Source of the DNA: Gammaproteobacteria bacterium
GTDB lineage: Bacteria; Pseudomonadota; Gammaproteobacteria; Tethybacterales; Persebacteraceae
Direction: 5' to 3'
Assembly: GCA_965243565.1 (NCBI GenBank)
Contig: OZ251571.1
Span: 256,691-320,690 of the forward strand
DNA: 64,000 nucleotides
How positions within the stretch are numbered: the stretch's first letter is position 1; every line of letters begins with the position of its first letter. The translations under genes and the position numbers were made by a program. Below, piece after piece: positions 8,267 through 17,975 of this stretch. The notes under the pieces are model-generated. The model had not been told where the DNA came from and did not search any database. It saw only the letters and a program-made list of their open reading frames with translations.

Positions 8267-9682
8267 ATGCCAGCCGCTAAAAAAAACCTCGCACAACTCA
8301 TTAAACAAAATAAAATTGCTTTTGTTGATTATCGTTTTACCGATACACTAGGAAAATTCCACCATGTAACCGTGCCTTCCGAAGTCGCACTTGAATCTGG
8401 CGGTAGTATTGGCAGCAAAGCATTCGATGGCTCTTCTATTGAAGGTTGGAGAGGCATTGAAGATTCCGACATGTTATTACAACCCGACATTACCAGCACC
8501 TTTATTGACCCTTTTAGCGAAGAGCCAACCATGGTTATATTATGTGATGCCTTATTACCAGACGAAACCCCTTACGGCTTATGTCCTCGAGGCATTGCTC
8601 GTAAAACAGTTAACTACCTTAAAAAAACAGGCATTGGCAGCGATGCATTATTTGGTCCTGAGCCTGAATTTTTTGTATTTGATTCTATCCAGTGGAAAAA
8701 TTCAATGGAAGAATCACACTATAAAATCAGCAGTGAAGAAGGCAGTTGGGCATCAACCGAAGCAATGGACGGCTTTAATCACGGTCATCGCCCCGGTGTA
8801 AAAGGCGGTTATTTTCCATGCTCTCCGATTGATTCAATGGTTGATATTCGCAACGAAATGTGCAAACGCCTTGAAGAAGTCGGCGTTAAAGTTGAAGTCC
8901 ATCATCACGAAGTTGGCACTGGTGGTCAATGTGAAATAGGAACGCGTTTTGGCAGCTGTGTCGAACGTGCCGACCACAACCAACTATTAAAATATGTTGT
9001 TCGCAACGTTGCGCACCAATTTGGCAAAACCGCCACCTTTATGCCCAAACCTTTAATGGGGGACAACGGCAACGGAATGCACGTACACCAATCCATTATT
9101 AAAAATGGCAAAAACATATTTAGAGGCAAGGAATATAGCGGACTATCCAAAGAAGCGCTATGGTACATTGGTGGCATACTTAAGCATTGCCATGCACTCA
9201 ATGCCATTTGCAACCCTAGCACTAACTCATACAAACGTTTATTACCCGGCTTTGAAGCCCCCAACTGTATTGCTTATTCTGCCCGTAATCGTTCTGCTGC
9301 TATACGCATACCATTGTCTAGTGACGCATCTCGCCGTATTGAAACCCGTTTTCCTGATCCAATGGCAAATCCGTACTTGTGTTTTTCGGCATTATTATTA
9401 GCAGGCTTAGATGGCATTAAAAATAAAATCGATCCGGGTAAGCCATGTGACTATAATCTATACGCATCACGTCGTTCACAAGACACCGAAGCGGTTGCCA
9501 ATATGTGTGGGTCGTTTCCTGAAGCACTCAATGCACTTGACAGCGACCGTTCATTTTTAACCGACTCAGGTGTATTTACCGACGAAGTCATTAATTCATT
9601 TTTAGAACTAAAATGGAAAGAAGTTATCGAGTTTCGTCAGCAACCATGTCCAATTGAGTTTCAAATGTACTATTCCTTATAA
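8267..9682 (+). CDS. glnA: glutamine synthetase type I
   Basis: 471 aa. GSI signatures present: FDGSSIEGW and KPLMGDNGNGMHVHQS. The ATP-binding and C-terminal regions are conserved. A TTGCAC-N14-TATAAT sigma-70-like element lies at about 8192-8217. No sigma-54 TGGCAC-N5-TTGC motif was found upstream. Confidence 0.95.
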   Translation: MPAAKKNLAQLIKQNKIAFVDYRFTDTLGKFHHVTVPSEVALESGGSIGSKAFDGSSIEGWRGIEDSDMLLQPDITSTFIDPFSEEPTMVILCDALLPDETPYGLCPRGIARKTVNYLKKTGIGSDALFGPEPEFFVFDSIQWKNSMEESHYKISSEEGSWASTEAMDGFNHGHRPGVKGGYFPCSPIDSMVDIRNEMCKRLEEVGVKVEVHHHEVGTGGQCEIGTRFGSCVERADHNQLLKYVVRNVAHQFGKTATFMPKPLMGDNGNGMHVHQSIIKNGKNIFRGKEYSGLSKEALWYIGGILKHCHALNAICNPSTNSYKRLLPGFEAPNCIAYSARNRSAAIRIPLSSDASRRIETRFPDPMANPYLCFSALLLAGLDGIKNKIDPGKPCDYNLYASRRSQDTEAVANMCGSFPEALNALDSDRSFLTDSGVFTDEVINSFLELKWKEVIEFRQQPCPIEFQMYYSL

Positions 9683-9912
9683 TATAAAAAAGTATGCTAT
9701 AATTAATAAATGCAAGGGGAACGCATAATCTTATTTGTAATTTGTAATCTATGGTTTTTGTATTGATAACATCAAATAAAAAATAATAAAAAATAGTAAA
9801 CAAAGTTGTAATAAAGTAGTTTTTTTTGTTACAATTCGGTTCATAAACGATTGGCTTATTACTTGAAAGATAGGCTTGTCGTATTTTCAAGAAATAAAAG
9901 GAGAAATAATAA

Positions 9913-10959
9913 ATGAAAATAAATAATAAACTAATCGCAATTGCCGTTGCTGGTGCATTAACTGCCCCTGCCGCTTTTGCAGCACAAGACACCTCAGGTA
10001 TGCAGTACACATCAGCATCCGAAGGTTTTTATGCCTCTATTCGCGTTCGTTACGACAGTAATAATGGTACGGAAGATGGTGATGCTAAAGTTGGAAATTC
10101 CGGAAGCCGTTTTGGTGTTCGTGGTTCTAACGACCTCGGCGGTGGCTTAAGTGGTTTTTATCAGTACGAAGCAGGTGTTGACACCGCAAACGGTGGTGCT
10201 CTTAGCACACGTATTGGTCATGTTGGCTTGCGTGGTGGTTTCGGTGAAATCATTCTAGGTAATTTCTGGCCTAACGCTTATAACTTTACAAACGCTGGTT
10301 CTGATGTTTCCAATGTTTACAGTGCTTACATTACACCAACTCATCAGCAGTATCGTACTTCAAATACCATTCAGTACACAACACCTGAAATAAGTGGTTT
10401 GCAAGTTGCTTTGGCTGTTAGAATGCGTGGTGGTGCAACGACTGATAATGTGTATGAAGGTGATAATGCTGATGCTTTGAATGATGCATTCGTGAACGAT
10501 GAAAGCACAAACCCTGATGGAAACGATGTTGATTTATACTCAATAGCCGCAAAATACGCTGCTGGTGGTCTTTCTGTTGGTCTTTCCTACAACTCAGCTG
10601 CAGATGCATTAGTAGGTGGTGATGATGGTACTTCGTGGGTTGCTAAATTAGGCTACGCTCAAGATAACTGGTATGCCAATTATTGGTATTCCGAAGACAA
10701 TGCTTCTGATGGAGATGGTGTTGCTGACGATAGAACTGTCGCTGGTCTTGGTGCTGGTATCAGCTTAGATAAAATTAACCTTTATCTTTCCTCTGAAGCA
10801 GACGATACCGCTACTGGTGATAATGCTTATACTACTTTAGGTGCTCAGTATAACTTAGGTTCAAATTCACGCGTTTGGTTGGAGTATGTTACGGTTGATA
10901 ATGATGGTTCTGATGTTGAAGATGATCACGTCAATATGGGCTTACGTCACGATTTCTAA
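9913..10959 (+). CDS. outer-membrane general porin (Gram-negative porin superfamily)
   Basis: Signal peptide MKINNKLIAIAVAGALTAPAAFA. Acidic, G/N/D/Y-rich sequence with alternating amphipathic beta-strand pattern. Ends with the C-terminal aromatic residue (…GLRHDF). A GGAG RBS is present. A long AT-rich leader precedes it. Confidence 0.75.
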   Translation: MKINNKLIAIAVAGALTAPAAFAAQDTSGMQYTSASEGFYASIRVRYDSNNGTEDGDAKVGNSGSRFGVRGSNDLGGGLSGFYQYEAGVDTANGGALSTRIGHVGLRGGFGEIILGNFWPNAYNFTNAGSDVSNVYSAYITPTHQQYRTSNTIQYTTPEISGLQVALAVRMRGGATTDNVYEGDNADALNDAFVNDESTNPDGNDVDLYSIAAKYAAGGLSVGLSYNSAADALVGGDDGTSWVAKLGYAQDNWYANYWYSEDNASDGDGVADDRTVAGLGAGISLDKINLYLSSEADDTATGDNAYTTLGAQYNLGSNSRVWLEYVTVDNDGSDVEDDHVNMGLRHDF

Positions 10960-10988
10960 ATTTATCTAGATTTCACTAACATTAAAAA

Positions 10989-11013
10989 AGGCATGTTTAC
11001 ATGCCTTTTTTTA
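10989..11013 (+). terminator. rho-independent terminator downstream of the porin gene
   Basis: AGGCATG-TTTAC-ATGCCT hairpin followed by TTTTTTT (aaaaaaggcatgtttacatgccttttttt). Confidence 0.7.
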
Positions 11014-11197
11014 TTTAATAATAGTATAAAAATTCTCAAGATACGAGAATATGAAAAACAAGCGTTATTAAGCTCATCGATTAATAAATTCATTGCAATA
11101 ATAGCAATGGCTGGTTTGGTTAAAACAAGACAAAGCGCGATTGCAACAGCACAAGACAATAAAAAAATATGTATTTGAATAGACTAAAAAAAACAGT

Positions 11198-11785
11198 CTA
11201 TTGGCTTGGGCTTGTCTTGGTATCGATATTGTTTAATACATCACGGACAGGACCAAATGTTTTTCGATGTTCCGCACAAATGCCGTGTTGTTGTATTTTT
11301 TGTATATGGTCGGCGGTTGGATAAGCTTTGTGTATGGCAAAACCGTATTGTGGGTATTGCTTGTCTAGTTTAATCATTAAGTTATCACGGTGCACTTTGG
11401 CTATGATAGAGGCAGCCATTATCGCAGGTACTATTGCATCGCCACCAATAATGGCTTCGGCAGGGTACGGTAAGTCGGGACAATAGTTACCATCAACTTG
11501 TACGATGTCGGGGCAGATAACAATAGTAGATACCGCTCGTTGCATAGCAAAGCTACTGGCGTTTCGTATATTGTATTGTTCTATTTCTTCTACACTGGCG
11601 GTGGCAATCGTATAACACAAACATAGGTCGATTATTTCGTCGTATAAGAGGCGACGTTTTTTGTCGGATAGTTTTTTAGAGTCGTCTAAACCTTCGGGTA
11701 TGTCTTTGCCAAACATAACGGCAGCGGCAACGACAACGCCTGCCAATGCCCCACGTCCGGCTTCATCAACACCACAAATTAGCAT
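11198..11785 (-). CDS. rnhB: ribonuclease HII
   Basis: MLICGVDEAGRGALAGVVVAAAV... carries the catalytic DEAGRG motif. 195 aa. Downstream of lpxB, as in the conserved cluster. Confidence 0.9.
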   Translation of the reverse strand: MLICGVDEAGRGALAGVVVAAAVMFGKDIPEGLDDSKKLSDKKRRLLYDEIIDLCLCYTIATASVEEIEQYNIRNASSFAMQRAVSTIVICPDIVQVDGNYCPDLPYPAEAIIGGDAIVPAIMAASIIAKVHRDNLMIKLDKQYPQYGFAIHKAYPTADHIQKIQQHGICAEHRKTFGPVRDVLNNIDTKTSPSQ

Positions 11786-12894
11786 GATAATATCTTAACA
11801 ATGGCTTGGTCGGGTGTTATGTCTGCGGTTTGTAATAATTGGCTGATGTGTTGTAGCTGTGTCTGCATTTCCCCCCGATACGCTGAATCATCAAGTAGTT
11901 TGCTTGCCTCACGTGCAATGAGTGTGGGGGTAGCCTCGTCTAATAATAATTCGGGTACGATAAAACGGTTTGATAATATGTTGGGTAGTGTAAAAAAAGG
12001 CAGGCTAAATTTTTTAAATTTTAGGAGTTGCTTGTTTAACCAACCGGTCTGAAAATAAGTAACCATCGGCAGCTGGTATAAGGCGGCTTCTAGTGTAATG
12101 GTGCCTGATTTTATAATACCAATGTCAGCCGCAGCCAATACGGTGTCTAAATCGGCTATTTTTATGTCGGGTAGGGCCTTTTGTATGGCATCGGCAATAC
12201 TAGCGCATGAGCAAGCAGTTATAAATATACGGTTGGGTTGGCTTAGCTTTTGTATAACTTGTTGCATAATGGGCAAATGATGGAATAATTCCGATTGCCG
12301 AGAACCAATTAATACAGCGATGACAGTGCAAGGGCTAGAGAGTCCCAAGTTTTGTCTTGCTTCTTGTTTTTGTATCTTTTGCTTTCTGGCAGCAACGTGC
12401 CCCACATAATGGTGAGGGATGTTGTGCTGTTGGTATATGTTTTTTTCAAATGGAAATAACAACAACATATAATTAATAATGTTTGCTATTTTTTTTAAGC
12501 GGTGGGTTTTCCATACCCAGACTTGCGGGCTAACGTAATGGACTGTCGGAATGCAATGGTTGGTACAAAATTGTGCCAACCGTAAATTTATGTCAGGAGC
12601 GTCTATGCCAATGAATAAATCGGGTTTGCGGTGTAGTAAATGTTGTTGAATTTTATTTTTTAAACGTAATATGGCAGGTAGTGATTTTAATACGTCCCAA
12701 TAACCCATAACGGCGAAGGTTTTATAATGGCTAATGAGTTCAATACCAGCGGTTTGCATTGCATCGCCCCCTACGCCACTGATGGTCATATCAGGATATT
12801 GCTTTTTTAATGGGATGATTAAGTCTAAAGCTAGTTTGTCGCCTGATTTTTCACCAACACAGATAAATAAATGAGCAGAGTTAGGATTGGTCAT
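11779..12894 (-). CDS. lpxB: lipid-A-disaccharide synthase
   Basis: 371 aa. LpxB-like N-terminus (…LFICVGEKSGDKLALDLI…). Position between lpxA and rnhB. Confidence 0.9.
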   Translation of the reverse strand: MTNPNSAHLFICVGEKSGDKLALDLIIPLKKQYPDMTISGVGGDAMQTAGIELISHYKTFAVMGYWDVLKSLPAILRLKNKIQQHLLHRKPDLFIGIDAPDINLRLAQFCTNHCIPTVHYVSPQVWVWKTHRLKKIANIINYMLLLFPFEKNIYQQHNIPHHYVGHVAARKQKIQKQEARQNLGLSSPCTVIAVLIGSRQSELFHHLPIMQQVIQKLSQPNRIFITACSCASIADAIQKALPDIKIADLDTVLAAADIGIIKSGTITLEAALYQLPMVTYFQTGWLNKQLLKFKKFSLPFFTLPNILSNRFIVPELLLDEATPTLIAREASKLLDDSAYRGEMQTQLQHISQLLQTADITPDQAIVKILSC

Positions 12895-13696
12895 CGGTCT
12901 TACTGCTAAGTGATCGCTTGCGTGGGCGAATTAACTGCAGGGTATCTTCTTGTAAAAAATGGAGCAGCTGTTGTATCAAAGGGGTTTGGCTATAACTGGC
13001 ATCGGCAATGGCGGTTATGGCGTTACCAATGGGCAGATGCTGACGGTAAAGCAAACGGTAAGCGGCTTTTATGTTTTTAATGTCGGCAGGGTCGGTTTGC
13101 TTGCGTTGTAAGCCAATGGTATTAATGCCAACGCTGCCAAGTGCAACGGATGCCCATGGCGGTACGTCCATACGGATAACCTCACCACCGCCAATAATAG
13201 CGCCCGTGCCAACATGACGAAATTGATGATACAAACTACCGCCACCCAATATGGCAAAGTCATCAACCCGAACATGCCCAGCCAATTGACAGGCGTTGGC
13301 AATGGTTAGGTGATTGCCTAATAGGCAGTCGTGGGCGACATGCGAATACGCCATTATCCAGTTATGGTTGCCTATGCGTGTTTGCTCTTGGTCATCAGTG
13401 CCATGGTTAAAAAAACAGTATTCACGAATGGTGTTGTCATCACCAATAATAAGCGGTGCTTTGCCGTCGTATGTTTTTTTGTCTTGAGGGTCGCCTCCCA
13501 AAGAACAAAAGGGGTAAATTTTATTGCGTGCACCGATAATGGTGTCTTTCCATATAATGGTATTACGGCCTATATGGGTGTCGTTGCCGATACGAACATG
13601 GGCTTCAATACATGCTCCAGCATCAATGCAAACATTGGTGCCGAGCTCCGCCGATGGGTGTACTTCAGCCGATGGATGTATGGTGGGCATGTGCAT
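12881..13696 (-). CDS. lpxA: UDP-N-acetylglucosamine O-acyltransferase
   Basis: 271 aa. Left-handed beta-helix hexapeptide repeats (IHPSAEVHPSAELGTNVCIDAGACIEAHVRIGNDTHIGRNTIIWKDTIIG). fabZ-lpxA-lpxB order. Confidence 0.9.
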   Translation of the reverse strand: MHMPTIHPSAEVHPSAELGTNVCIDAGACIEAHVRIGNDTHIGRNTIIWKDTIIGARNKIYPFCSLGGDPQDKKTYDGKAPLIIGDDNTIREYCFFNHGTDDQEQTRIGNHNWIMAYSHVAHDCLLGNHLTIANACQLAGHVRVDDFAILGGGSLYHQFRHVGTGAIIGGGEVIRMDVPPWASVALGSVGINTIGLQRKQTDPADIKNIKAAYRLLYRQHLPIGNAITAIADASYSQTPLIQQLLHFLQEDTLQLIRPRKRSLSSKTDDQS

Positions 13697-13710
13697 TAGG
13701 GGTTAACGTA

Positions 13711-14160
13711 TTAGGGGCTGACAGAGGCGTATATCGATATTTGCGCATCAGCAACACGCTTGCCATTAACCGTCGCTTGGGTGGTAAATTTGTAGTTGGA
13801 TAGCCTCTGACGAGTGAGAGTGGCATGTAAGTGTAGCTGATCGCCCGGAATAATTTGCTGACGAAAACGCGCATTATTAATGCCGGATAAAAAGATAACT
13901 TTTTGTTCAGGGACTTTATCGAGTGATAATAAAAGCAATAACCCGCAGGTTTGTGCCAGTGCTTCAAGGATGAGTACGCCCGGCATAATAGGGTTATCAG
14001 GAAAATGCCCAGTAAATTGCGGTTCGTTGGCGGTGATATTTTTTAGCCCAATGATGCTTTCGTTTTTATGAAGTTCGATGACTCTATCGACTAATAAAAA
14101 AGGATAGCGGTGAGGTAATAGGGGTAAGAGTGAGTTGATGTCGTATGTTGTTTTATTCAT
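13711..14160 (-). CDS. fabZ: 3-hydroxyacyl-ACP dehydratase
   Basis: Start placed at the internal ATG MNKTTYDINSLLPLLPHRYPFLLVDRV… (14160), which gives the canonical ~149 aa. Hot-dog fold with active-site His in …GHFPDNPIMPGVL…. The longer tracked ORF would run into pyrH. Confidence 0.85.
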   Translation of the reverse strand: MNKTTYDINSLLPLLPHRYPFLLVDRVIELHKNESIIGLKNITANEPQFTGHFPDNPIMPGVLILEALAQTCGLLLLLSLDKVPEQKVIFLSGINNARFRQQIIPGDQLHLHATLTRQRLSNYKFTTQATVNGKRVADAQISIYASVSP

Positions 14161-14170
14161 ACGCCGTATT

Positions 14171-14881
14171 TTATAACGAAACGTATGTTCCTTCGCTGTG
14201 TCCTTGCACAATTCTAGATAATGCACCGGGATTTTGTAGTTTATAGACAACAATTGGTAGGCGACGTTCACGGCAAAGTGTGAGTGCGGTGGCGTCCATT
14301 ACGTTTAAGCGTTTTTGTAGGGCTTCGTCTATGGGTAGGATGTCATAGCGAGTGGCGTCTGGATATAAAGTCGGGTCGGCAGAATAAATGCCATCAACAT
14401 TGGTGGCTTTTATAAGAATGTCAGCGTTGATTTCGGAAGCACGTAACGCGGCTGCGGTATCGGTGGTAAAGTAAGGGTTGCCTGTGCCTCCAGCAAATAT
14501 CATGACGCGTTTGTTGTCTAAGTGCCGATTGGCTTTTTCGCGGATATAGGGTGCGGCGACTTGTTCGAGGTTTAAAGCGGTTTGCAAACGCGCCGGGATT
14601 TCATGGTCAACCAATGCTGCATGTAATGCCATGCCATTTAATACGGTTGCCAACATTCCCATGTAATCGCCAGTAACGCGGTCAATGCCCATTTGTCCAG
14701 AGATGAGGTGTCCCCGAATAATATTGCCACCGCCAATAACGATTGCAACTTCGATGCCCAATTGAGTAATAGCAGAAATTTCGTCAACGATATAACGAAT
14801 GACTTTTGCTGATATAGAGGAATCTTCGGTTAATAGAGACTCGCCACTCAGTTTTAAAAGGACGCGACGTATCTTTGCCAT
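14171..14881 (-). CDS. pyrH: UMP kinase
   Basis: 236 aa. …RVLLKLSGESL… and GGGNIIRG motifs. Directly downstream of tsf. Confidence 0.9.
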   Translation of the reverse strand: MAKIRRVLLKLSGESLLTEDSSISAKVIRYIVDEISAITQLGIEVAIVIGGGNIIRGHLISGQMGIDRVTGDYMGMLATVLNGMALHAALVDHEIPARLQTALNLEQVAAPYIREKANRHLDNKRVMIFAGGTGNPYFTTDTAAALRASEINADILIKATNVDGIYSADPTLYPDATRYDILPIDEALQKRLNVMDATALTLCRERRLPIVVYKLQNPGALSRIVQGHSEGTYVSL

Positions 14882-15705
14882 TAGGCGTTACTTGATTCTC
14901 CAACTACGAATAGCTCAAAACCAGTTACTTGTCCAGAGCCCAATGCTTGTGCCACTGTTTTTTCAGTGTCAACAACAAAGGCTTGCCCATGCAGTGTGAT
15001 TTCGGATAAGTATTTTTTAATCTTTCCTTGTGCAATTTTAGCGGCTAGTTCGGGAGGTTTTCCTGTTTCTTCGGCTTGTGCGGTATAAATGGCTTTTTCA
15101 GCAGATAATAAATCAGCTGGTACATTGCTTTCGGCAATGTAACGAGGACGCATTGCAGCAATGTGCATACAAATACCGTGACAAAGTTCTTGATCGACAT
15201 TAGTGGTAGAACACATGGCGGCTACTTTGTTGCCAGTATGAACATAGACGTTAATCTGGCCATCAGTGCTGCTCAGAGTACGAACACGCGTGACAGAAAT
15301 GTTTTCACCGAGTTTCATCACCATGTTCTGACGAGCGGCTTCAACGGTTTCGTTGTTGTCGAGTGTAAGGCCCAAAATATCTTGAGGAACGCTACCATTT
15401 TGTGCAACTGCCATCGCGACACGGTCGGCAAAGGCAATGATGTTTTCATCACGAGCGACAAAATCGGTTTCGCAGCTGACTTCGATCATAGCGGCTGTAT
15501 TGCCATTTTTAGCAAAAGCAATACGACCTTCGTTGGCAGTTCTGCCAGATACTTTGCTTGCTTTGGCTCCGCTTTTAATGCGTAGTAAGTCACGGGCTTT
15601 GTCAGAGTCGCCTTCGCATTCTACTAAGGCTTTTTTGCATTCCATCATCCCAAGCCCTGTGGCTTCACGTAGGGATTTGACCATGCTGGCACTGATATTA
15701 CTCAT
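14881..15705 (-). CDS. tsf: translation elongation factor Ts
   Basis: 274 aa. N-terminal UBA-like MSNISASMVKSLREATGLGMMECKKALVE. rpsB-tsf-pyrH synteny. Confidence 0.9.
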   Translation of the reverse strand: MSNISASMVKSLREATGLGMMECKKALVECEGDSDKARDLLRIKSGAKASKVSGRTANEGRIAFAKNGNTAAMIEVSCETDFVARDENIIAFADRVAMAVAQNGSVPQDILGLTLDNNETVEAARQNMVMKLGENISVTRVRTLSSTDGQINVYVHTGNKVAAMCSTTNVDQELCHGICMHIAAMRPRYIAESNVPADLLSAEKAIYTAQAEETGKPPELAAKIAQGKIKKYLSEITLHGQAFVVDTEKTVAQALGSGQVTGFELFVVGESSNA

Positions 15706-15719
15706 AGAATCTCCAATAA

Positions 15720-16598
15720 TTATGATTTGTCGGAGGACGGTGTAACAGTCTCCGAATTATCAGTGGATTTTTTGGCACGAATCACACGGGATTCAGCCTT
15801 TTTTTCAGTTGCTTCAGCAGTGCCTACGTTTTTATCTGTGGCATTTTTGTCGCTACTGGTTTTGAATGTTTCTTTGTTACCAAAGTTGCTTTTAATGTCT
15901 TCAATTAATTTTGCTTCCCATTCTTTTTTACCTTCAGCAATGGCTTCGGTAATTTCACGGGCGTAGATTTCAATGGCTTGAGTAGAGTCATCGTTGCCGG
16001 GGATGACGTAGTCGATGTCAAGCGGCGAATGATTGGTGTCAACTATAGAGACAATAGGAATGCCCATTTTTTTAGCCTCAAGGATAGCGCCTTTGTGTAA
16101 GCCAGCGTCAATAACAAACATAACGTCAGGAGCTTTGTCCATATCGCGAATACCACCAATGGCTTTTTCAAGATTGTGCTTGGTGAGCATCATCTTAATG
16201 CCTTCTTTTTTGGTGAGGGTTTTTAAAACACCGCTTTCAATGTTCGCTTCGATTTCTTTTAAGCGATCAATGGATTTACGAGTGGTTTTAAAGTTGGTCA
16301 TAATGCCACCTAACCAACGATGGTTGACATAGGGCATTGAAACGGCTTTGGCGGATTCGGAGATAACTTCATCACAATTACGCTTGGTACAGAGATATAA
16401 AATAGTGCCACCAGATGCTGCAATCGATTTTAAATAACTTTTTGCTTGGTTAAGGTGGGACAAAGTGGTGTCAAGGTTGACGATGTGGGTGCTATGATAC
16501 TTGCCGTAGATGTAAGGAGCCATTTTGGGGTTCCAAAAGCGAACGCGGTGTCCAAAGTGTGCGCCTGCTATCATTAATTCACGAACTGTAGTAGTCAT
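15720..16598 (-). CDS. rpsB: 30S ribosomal protein S2 with a ~45-aa K/E/S/T-rich C-terminal extension
   Basis: MTTTVRELMIAGAHFGHRVRFWNPKMAPYIYG… is canonical S2. The 292 aa length exceeds the usual ~240 because of a low-complexity tail …TAEATEKKAESRVIRAKKSTDNSETVTPSSDKS. Confidence 0.9.
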   Translation of the reverse strand: MTTTVRELMIAGAHFGHRVRFWNPKMAPYIYGKYHSTHIVNLDTTLSHLNQAKSYLKSIAASGGTILYLCTKRNCDEVISESAKAVSMPYVNHRWLGGIMTNFKTTRKSIDRLKEIEANIESGVLKTLTKKEGIKMMLTKHNLEKAIGGIRDMDKAPDVMFVIDAGLHKGAILEAKKMGIPIVSIVDTNHSPLDIDYVIPGNDDSTQAIEIYAREITEAIAEGKKEWEAKLIEDIKSNFGNKETFKTSSDKNATDKNVGTAEATEKKAESRVIRAKKSTDNSETVTPSSDKS

Positions 16599-16633
16599 TG
16601 AAAATCCTTATGGGTCATAAAATTTTTCTCCGT

Positions 16634-17110
16634 TTATTTTGTTTCTTTTGTTTCTGCTAGTATTTCAACCGTTATCGTGGCGGTTAAATCTTCATTGATT
16701 TTAATGTCCACTTTATGATTGCCCAATGCTTTTAACTGCCCGTCTGGCAGTGTGATTTGACCGCGTTTAAAACCAATGCCAGTGGTCGATATCTTTTTGT
16801 CGTTAATGGCATTGGCAATAATTTGTGCAGTAATAGAACCGTATAAATTGCCGTCTGGACTGGCTAACGCAACGAGTGATAGCGTGTATCCATGCAATTT
16901 TTTGTGTAATTCAGCCAAAATGGCTTCTTGCTCTTTTTGGCGAGCGTCGAGCTCTACACGGCGTTCTTCGAATTGTTTAATAGTAGAGGCTTCAGCACGT
17001 TCTGCTTTTTGTTGGGGAAATAAAAAGTTGCGTGCGTAACCCGCACGTACATTAACAACACTACCGAGTTTGCCGAGTTTTGAAATGCTTTCCAGTAAGA
17101 TTACTTTCAT
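16634..17110 (-). CDS. rplI: 50S ribosomal protein L9
   Basis: MKVILLESISKLGKLGSVVNVRAGYARNFLFPQQKA… 158 aa. Confidence 0.85.
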   Translation of the reverse strand: MKVILLESISKLGKLGSVVNVRAGYARNFLFPQQKAERAEASTIKQFEERRVELDARQKEQEAILAELHKKLHGYTLSLVALASPDGNLYGSITAQIIANAINDKKISTTGIGFKRGQITLPDGQLKALGNHKVDIKINEDLTATITVEILAETKETK

Positions 17111-17406
17111 GATTTTATGTCTCGTTGTATGTGATGGTTTCTCATATAAGGAAACAATGACAAATAACGTGCTCGTTTAATGCTCGTTTTAATTTTGCGT
17201 TGCATAATGGCAGAGAGACCGTTAAAACGACCGGGACGGATTTTCCATTCTTCGTCAACGTATTGACGAAGAAAAGAAATGTCTTTGTAGTCAACATCAG
17301 TAATGCCAATGGATTCTAGGCTGCATCTTGCTTTGGGGCGAAAAATAGCAGAGCGGTTAACAGGCCTGGCTTTTCGGAAATTCTTTTTATTATTACGATT
17401 GTACAT
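17107..17406 (-). CDS. rpsR: 30S ribosomal protein S18
   Basis: …DYKDISFLRQYV…IKRARYLSLFPY matches the S18 core. There is about 20 aa of extra N-terminus relative to E. coli, so the true start may be internal or non-ATG. Confidence 0.8.
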   Translation of the reverse strand: MYNRNNKKNFRKARPVNRSAIFRPKARCSLESIGITDVDYKDISFLRQYVDEEWKIRPGRFNGLSAIMQRKIKTSIKRARYLSLFPYMRNHHIQRDIKS

Positions 17407-17421
17407 AAGAGTGTCTTTCGA

Positions 17422-17826
17422 TTATTTTTTGTCTTCAGTACTGTTGTTCTTTGCTTCTTTGTCGCTAGCAACAGGAGCGTTGTTCTTACTGATTTCTTGC
17501 TCACGCTTTATTTTGTCAAGCAAAATATGGGAGTCAGTGGTAATCGCTTCTTCGCAACGCACAATCAAACTACGAATAACAGATTCGCTAAAACGAAAGC
17601 TTTCTTTTAGTGTGTTGAGTGCTTCTTGCTCGCATTCGATGTTATACAAAAAATAACAGGCTCGAGATTGCTTGTTAATGGGGTAGGCGAGCTGTCTTAC
17701 GCCCCAGTCTTCAAAGCGATGAACTTTGCCACCGCTTTCAGTTACGATGTCTTTAAATCGGTCTGCCATGCCACTTCGGTTTCGTTGCTCCGATGTTGTC
17801 ATGACTACTATTTCATAATGTCTCAT
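17422..17826 (-). CDS. rpsF: 30S ribosomal protein S6
   Basis: MRHYEIVVMTTSEQ… with an acidic C-terminal tail. 134 aa. No priB lies between rpsF and rpsR. Confidence 0.85.
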   Translation of the reverse strand: MRHYEIVVMTTSEQRNRSGMADRFKDIVTESGGKVHRFEDWGVRQLAYPINKQSRACYFLYNIECEQEALNTLKESFRFSESVIRSLIVRCEEAITTDSHILLDKIKREQEISKNNAPVASDKEAKNNSTEDKK

Positions 17827-17975
17827 GTTGTCCCTTTCGAACTTTCGATCGCCAAGTTATTTGTGCGATAAGAAACTTAGTGGCGAATTATATCCTATTG
17901 TAAAGACAAAGACAAATAAAAACAATAATATAATGATATTCTATACACTTTTTTGGTGGTACAATCTAATTGTAG

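Noticed and set aside
9690-9912. Possible sRNA or OmpR-type repeats (TTTGTAATTTGTAAT) in the porin leader
   Set aside because: It is AT-rich low-complexity sequence. No stable structure or terminator could be identified by eye.
11170-11215. Inverted repeat AATAGACT-A8-CAGTCTATT at the rnhB end as a terminator
   Set aside because: The T/A-run sits in the loop rather than after the stem, so it is not a convincing intrinsic terminator.
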